DNA of 47,175 nt, counting the filler, from Streblomastix strix (Eukaryota), in assembly GCA_008636045.1 (NCBI GenBank). It is 2 parts of 2 records of this genome, joined end to end, with 100 filler letters (N's around TTAATTAATTAA, not from the genome) between each part and the next. Parts side by side here need not be neighbours in the genome. Positions count along the whole stretch, not along the records: positions 23,640 to 47,175 come from SNRW01000274.1; 1 more part is not named here. The stretch is one strand, 5' to 3'. The notes below the pieces were generated by a model. It had not been told where the DNA came from and did no database searches. It saw only the letters and a program-made list of their open reading frames with translations. The position numbers and the translations under genes were made by a program. The first letter of the stretch is position 1. Each line of letters begins with the position of its first letter. Of this stretch, positions 41,460 through 47,175 are shown piece after piece.

Positions 41460-42129
41460 GTAAAATCAATATTTGATTTTAAAGTGCTATATCATGTTGA
41501 ATAAACTCTTATTCACTTCATTTTACATATTATTGAATAGTGTAAAATAATATATTGTCATTTTTCATGTGATTTTATCCGAAATTTTTGTGTGCAGAGC
41601 AAAAGAAATATAAAAATCACCAAGTGTTTTTACAACAATTATACATCCATTTATTTTTACTCTCTTGATAATTAATTGACATTTATAAATTTATTCAATA
41701 TTATTTATATATGTTATATAGGACGAACAATCGAGAACGGTGAAATCAAAAAACCCGTTTTATTGATTTTCCGCATATACACAAGTGCAAACTTGTTATT
41801 TGTGTAATTAATCAGCATGTTTAATTAAACTGTTAATATATTTATATAATATAATGTATAATAACCTCATCTGCACATAATTTTATTCCTGTCCAAAAAA
41901 AGCCGATTTTTTGAACTATTTTTAACATATTTATTAATATTTGATTTATTACTTTAATATTATCTTTTTGTAGCTTAAAGTTTGCTTATCTCTTACTGCC
42001 TAACAAGAGAATTATAATAGATTGATATGATTAAAAATAGTTTCATCAATAAAATGCAAATACCTAGTCTTATTATTTATTTTAAGCTTTTTTAAAATAT
42101 TTATCTGTTTTTTAATCTGTATTCTCTAG

Positions 42130-42676
42130 ATGAGTAATTGGGTTTGTTTCAATATTTCGAGTATTTAGCTTATTTGTTTTCTAGAATTCTTATTATAAAC
42201 CTAGTGGCGCTCGTCGAGACCGGATTGACGAAGAACTAAAGAATTTAAATCAATCACACATTGAAAGCGAAGAAATGCGTCAGGTGCAGATTATCAGGTA
42301 GTAAGATGTATAACTTGATGTTCTTCATGAAGCAACAGGTTAATTAAAATAAATGTCAGTCGTTATGGGGGATGAGATTGATAAATAGGATAAGTATATT
42401 CTGCTATTTTATTATTCTTACTTTCATTTTGGATTAATATAGGGCAATAGATGGTCTAGGGGAAGATATAGACAGAAACAAAAATAAGATCGGAATTCTC
42501 AATAAAACTATAGACAAAGTCCGAAATACAAAACGTATATCTTTATTATTATTTTTCATCATTTATTATGTTGTCCTAATTTAATTTGCTTAGACAAAGG
42601 GCTCTGGTGTACAATCTTTATATTAGCTATGATATTGGTAGCTCTCATCATCATCTTATTCAAAACAATATTTTGA
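42130..42676 (+). CDS. Qc-SNARE (syntaxin-6/8/Tlg1-like motif) with C-terminal transmembrane anchor
   Basis: Four coding exons give ...QVQIIRQQDVQLDVLHEATGQLKQMSVVMGDEIDKQDKAIDGLGEDIDRNKNKIGILNKTIDKV...GLWCTIFILAMILVALIIILFKTIF, TGA 42674-42676. The zero-layer Gln is encoded by TAG (42386-42388). Confidence 0.9.
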
Positions 42677-43228
42677 GTTTTGTATAATAAAACAAGTTGA
42701 GTATCATTATATTAAGCATAAAAATTAATTTCTTACCAGACAATTTAGTTTTTAATAATAATTTACCAATTTGTTCCTATTTAAATAAGAAATAAAAAAA
42801 ATTGATCTTAAATTCACAGTGCAGCTTACAAAAAATTATCATTAAAATTTAATTTCTAGCTAAAACTAGATTATTAAACAGCTTATATATATATCTATCA
42901 AATTATAAACTGTTATTAATATAAATTTTCACTATTACAAACATATATTAACTCGATTTAGTACATTTTAATTTATTTCAATTAAATTTCAAGATTTAAC
43001 CTCAACAAATAATATTATTTAAATAATTTTGATTTAAATATTAGATAATTTATTATTTGTTTTATATTTTTCATCATCCTTCTATTTGAACATATATAAT
43101 TTAAAAACTTAATCAAATTGAAATGATTCATTAAGCAAGAAATTTAAAAAAACATCTTATAATTTTCACCCCATCTAAAAATTATTATATTTTTCTATTA
43201 GCAATTCAGGTAAATAAGTTCAATTTAA

Positions 43229-46200
43229 ATGACAATGAAAGATTAGAAAAGAACAAGTACTGGCCAGATGAAAGACTAAGAAATAATTTATAGAGAAAAA
43301 TTAAATGATCTCAAACATTAAATTGGAGTGTTATAATTGATGCCGTTTGCCATAATAAATTTTTTTGTCAAATTCTAATGTATACTTTATAATTTTGATT
43401 GTTTAATTTTTGTTCAAGAACATCACAAACAATAGACGCAAAAGAATTTGAATCTCAACTTTAGACAAAACAAGTTCGTAGAGCACAAGAGTAGCAGAGG
43501 ATCTTAGAGCGTTTCAATGAGATGAATAGAGCAGCTGTAATGGGCGATTTGGAAAAGGCTGAAAAAATGCTTAGTTAAAAGATAGAACGTATGATAGTAT
43601 ACATTTATATTCATTATATTCATTTCTATTGTCAATAAGGTTCTGAGTAGGAAATTGATGATTTTATTGAGTAGCGTCTAAGCAACTATTAGTAATATAA
43701 AAACAAGGTTATTAACACAAACAGTCGTATAAATAAGTTCATGATTGAGGTTTTATTTTTTTATTCTTTCACAAATTATTCACCTGAAATATTAATTCTA
43801 TTCAGGCTGAAACAAATTTATCAAAGGGAATTCATGAGATTATTTAGTAATAAGATTCATCAAGCCCTTAGTAACCAAATACATTCACTCTTCGTAAATA
43901 AATTAAACCAAATAATCTAACGCAGAATTAAAGACAATTGTCGTTAATGTTAAACCAAACAAATGCAAATCAGGAAAAATAAGAATCAGAATTTGTAGAA
44001 ATGACTCGAAGTAGTATGCAACAATTAATGAATAGTCTTGAGTAGTCTCATTAGAACACAACAATGGGAGATCTTGATAAGTGGCTTGGAGGAAGATAAA
44101 TTAATTACGAGATGGATAAAGAGAAGCTTCAGAATATGGAGATCAATGCTTCTGTTGGTGAGGATGTTGCTGTCACTCAAACTGATGTTGTTGATACACT
44201 ATTAGAGAAGATGGTTAATGAGAAGGAAGCTACTTGGGATCGTTGGAATTAACTTACAAACGCTGCTGAGATAATTTAAGTTGAAAATATTACAAATAAA
44301 TAGAAAAACGAAAAATTACTATAAAAACTGTAAAAAGAAAAAGAAAGAGCTGATCAAATTAACAGTAAAATAAATGCAATCAAAAAAGGAGACCAATAAA
44401 ATGTAACATCTGAATCTGGAGGTCTTTTAATTTAGTTATTAGGTGAAGAAAGTGATACAGATTCTGATGAAGTTGAGATTAATAATGCAGATTGAGCACC
44501 TGATAGCAATAATGAAGAGTATTTATAAAAGAAAGGAGCATCAATTTAATAGAATGCATAATAGAATATAACACCACATAAAGATAATTCTGTTGTTAAT
44601 GAAGCATAAAGATTAAGAGACATTATGTAGAATTTAGAATAATCAATGATAGGAATGAGACAAAGAATTTAATAGAAAGAAGAAGAAAATAAAGTTAATT
44701 TGGCTAAGTTATAATCAAGAATGAATGATCTTGGAAGTAAATTAGGGGAGAAATCAGCATAAACAGAATAAATTGCATAATTATTAGAGAAAACATAAAC
44801 TGAGAAATCATCTGTAGAGAAAAATATGAGATAATAATATGCATCTCGTGAGAAGGCAATAGAAGGTGTTAAGATGCATTTAATTAGGTTATAAGCATAT
44901 ATTGAAGATCCTCAGAATAATGCTATAGATGATAATGCTATTGAATAAATGAGATAAGTTTTGGCTGCTGATACTCCAGCTGCATTAGCTGCACTTGCTG
45001 TTGAAGACAACTAAGCATTATTCCCATATTCAATTGGAGATCTCAATATTCTCAATTAAAAGAAAGAAAAGAAATAATAGAATGGTGATTAGGATAATGA
45101 AGATAGAAATTATACTGAAGAAGATGAAGATGATGAAGATGAAGATATTTAATGGGATTATAATAAATAAAAACAAAGCAATTCAAATATTCAATCTGTA
45201 TCAGATATGGATAGATAGTAAAGTGATTATGTATAATAAAAGAAGAAATACAAATAAAATGAGAAATATGATGAATAAGATTCAGATTAATAATATTAAT
45301 TTCATCGTCGAAATCGTCATAATACATAACAAGACCCCTTTCAGATTGAATTACCATCAGATAATTCAAACAGTTTAATAAAGAATTAAAATAAATTCAA
45401 ATCACAAAGTCAGTTAAATTAAGGCAGTTAACATCTTCATTAATCTTCTTCTTCTTCTTTATTATAAAATTAATAATTAATTTTTTCACCAACATTCTCT
45501 CTTGATGAATTAAATTCATTTAATTAATAAAACAATTAGCTTTAAAAGAGTAAAAGCTCTTCTAATGTTAATGATATAGCATCTTGAGTTTCAGAATCTG
45601 TAATAGGAAATTCTGAGTCTTTTTCATAATTAATTAGTAGTTCAATAATTGATAAAGAAGATGATACAATTGAATAAGAAGCTGCAACTGCTTCTGATGG
45701 TCAGTAATTAAAGCAAGGAAAGAAAAAAGGAAGAAAAGGATTAAATACAAAACTATCTTCATATCCATCATAAGTTAGTAGATAGGATTCATAATTGATA
45801 ATATAAGTTCCAAAGAAGAGAAAGAAATAAAATAAACAATCTCCAAATGATGTTTAAAATGCAATACTGGACTAAACACCAAGACAATAAAAAGATAAAG
45901 AAAAAGATAAAAATATTATAAAGAATAAAGACAAATAGAAATCAGCATAATTAACTTATATAGTTCCTCCTACTCCTCAAAAATAAACCAGTAAAAAAGA
46001 TTTCAAAGATAATTAGAAGCAAAAAGCAACATCGCCAATTCTTGGATAATAGAGAGATAAATAAAAAGATAAATAAAAAGTGAGCAAATTAAAATAAAAA
46101 AATAAAAAAGATGGAGAATCAAATGAAGATAAATTATCCAACTAAATCATTTCAATATCTCCAAGTACTGCATAATTAGATAATTAGGATTAGGAATAGT

Positions 46201-47175
46201 AAAATACTGAATAAGAATAAGAATAAGAGTAAGATGATAATGAACAATAAGAATAATAACAATAATAAGAAGAATAGAAAGATGAGAGTAAAATGACCAT
46301 AACTGAAATATGGTTGAAGAGAAAGAAAGATTTGGAAGATTGGAATCAAGAAATGGAGAAGAAGAAGAAGGAAAGAGAAATTGAAGTAAAAGAAACTCCT
46401 GTTCTGACTGGGAAGAAGAAATTGAAGCATCTTTAGTCTAATCTGACAATAAGTACATCTAAAGGTAATTTATTAAAGAGGTAACAGTCATCATTGTTTA
46501 AATCTAAATTCAAAGATGGATAAACTCCTAATTCTCTTTCTTCATTTAGATAAGGTCAATAATTCTCTACAAGTAAAAAATAAGAAAGCAAAGATTAGTT
46601 TGATGATAATAATTCAAATAGTAATTAATATTCACCTCAAAAACTGGAATAATAAAAATAGTAATAATATGATAGAGATTTTGATGAAGAAGAAGATTAT
46701 GATAATAAAGGAATCTAATAATGGAAAGGAGAAGAAGTAACTGGATTGGGATCAGATTTGCTGGATGGAATTCTCTCATAGGGAACAGGAGCTGGAATAT
46801 TTGGAACTAAATTAAGAAACTCTCAATCTGCATAAACATAAGGAATTGGAGATAGAAAATTAATTGGATCTGTTGCATTACCTGGATCAGATGAATATAT
46901 ATAACAATAACTGAAATTGTAATATTTGGATTAAAATTAGTAATCAATATAATTTGGTGGTAGCTAATAGGAGTTACTTGGAAAGAAAATAGATATAAAT
47001 GAAGAGTTGTTAAAATAGAGATTAAATAATGAAAAAAGAGATAGCCTTTCAGAAGAAATAAAAGAAGAAGAGAAAATAAAATAAGCTCCACCAATGTCCA
47101 GATCTGAGCAAAGAGCAGCCGAAAGAAGAGCAAGAATTGCAGAATAAGGAAAGAAAGAAAATGTGAAAGAAAAAG
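43229..47175 (+). CDS. Long coiled-coil/low-complexity hypothetical protein, 3'-partial, two internal TGA codons
   Basis: ATG 43229 (start uncertain), three short GT-AG introns, then one frame from 43806 open to the window end. Heptad-rich segments such as EAQRLRDIMQNLEQSMIGMRQRIQQKEEENKVNLAKLQSRMNDL. Internal TGA at 44493 and 45585. Confidence 0.8.

Noticed and set aside
41460..42120. Possible small gene or ncRNA between the giant ORF and the SNARE
   Set aside because: A short, slightly GC-richer patch (~41720-41820) exists but gives no convincing ORF, tRNA fold or recognisable motif.
28455..45587. Internal TGA as selenocysteine
   Set aside because: None lies in a redox motif (UxxC, CU) or a known selenoprotein family, there are several per non-enzyme gene, and I see no SECIS-like structured element in the short AT-rich 3' regions. 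Not formally excluded.
2562..47133. Most ORFs in the supplied six-frame track
   Set aside because: Computed with TAA/TAG as stops. They are fragments of real genes (10273, 10733, 15312, 17628, 19797, 32028, 33045, 36132) or off-frame/antisense shadows of low-complexity coding DNA.
20990..47175. Genes with internal TGA are pseudogenes
   Set aside because: Eight nonsense sites with no frameshift across more than 20 kb of reading frame, intact splice sites and a largely intact Vps34 core make simple decay unlikely. It remains the null hypothesis to test.
1..47175. tRNA, rRNA, transposase or viral genes that could explain recoding
   Set aside because: No cloverleaf/T-loop pattern, rRNA-like segment or transposase/RT/integrase motif was recognised by eye. 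A tRNAscan-SE or Infernal run would be needed to exclude them.

Overview
Very AT-rich, intron-rich protist nuclear DNA that does not use the standard genetic code, so the supplied ORF track is mostly fragments or wrong-frame noise. TAA/TAG encode Gln (for example, the zero-layer Gln of a Qc-SNARE is TAG) and complete genes end in TGA. The code, the GT-AG introns and the gene families suggest an oxymonad such as Streblomastix (inference). The window is two similar-sized contigs joined by an artificial 100-nt N44-TTAATTAATTAA-N44 linker at 23540-23639. Left contig: OSBP/ORP lipid-transfer protein (partial), a divergent kinase with two C-terminal zinc fingers, a lineage-specific helical protein, an AZUL+HECT UBE3A-like ligase, a ZC2HC1-type zinc-finger protein, a membrane protein and an ARM-like protein (partial). 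Right contig: a Vps34-like PI3-kinase (partial), a ~4,400-aa orphan protein, a small Qc-SNARE and a long coiled-coil protein (partial). Main discovery: 8 in-frame TGA codons lie inside 4 otherwise intact, frameshift-free reading frames, while TGA is also clearly the terminator. This suggests a code in which all three stop codons can be sense codons (UAR=Gln, UGA=probably Trp or stop depending on position). The amino acid at the internal TGAs is inferred, not proven. Exon boundaries were read by eye and are approximate.
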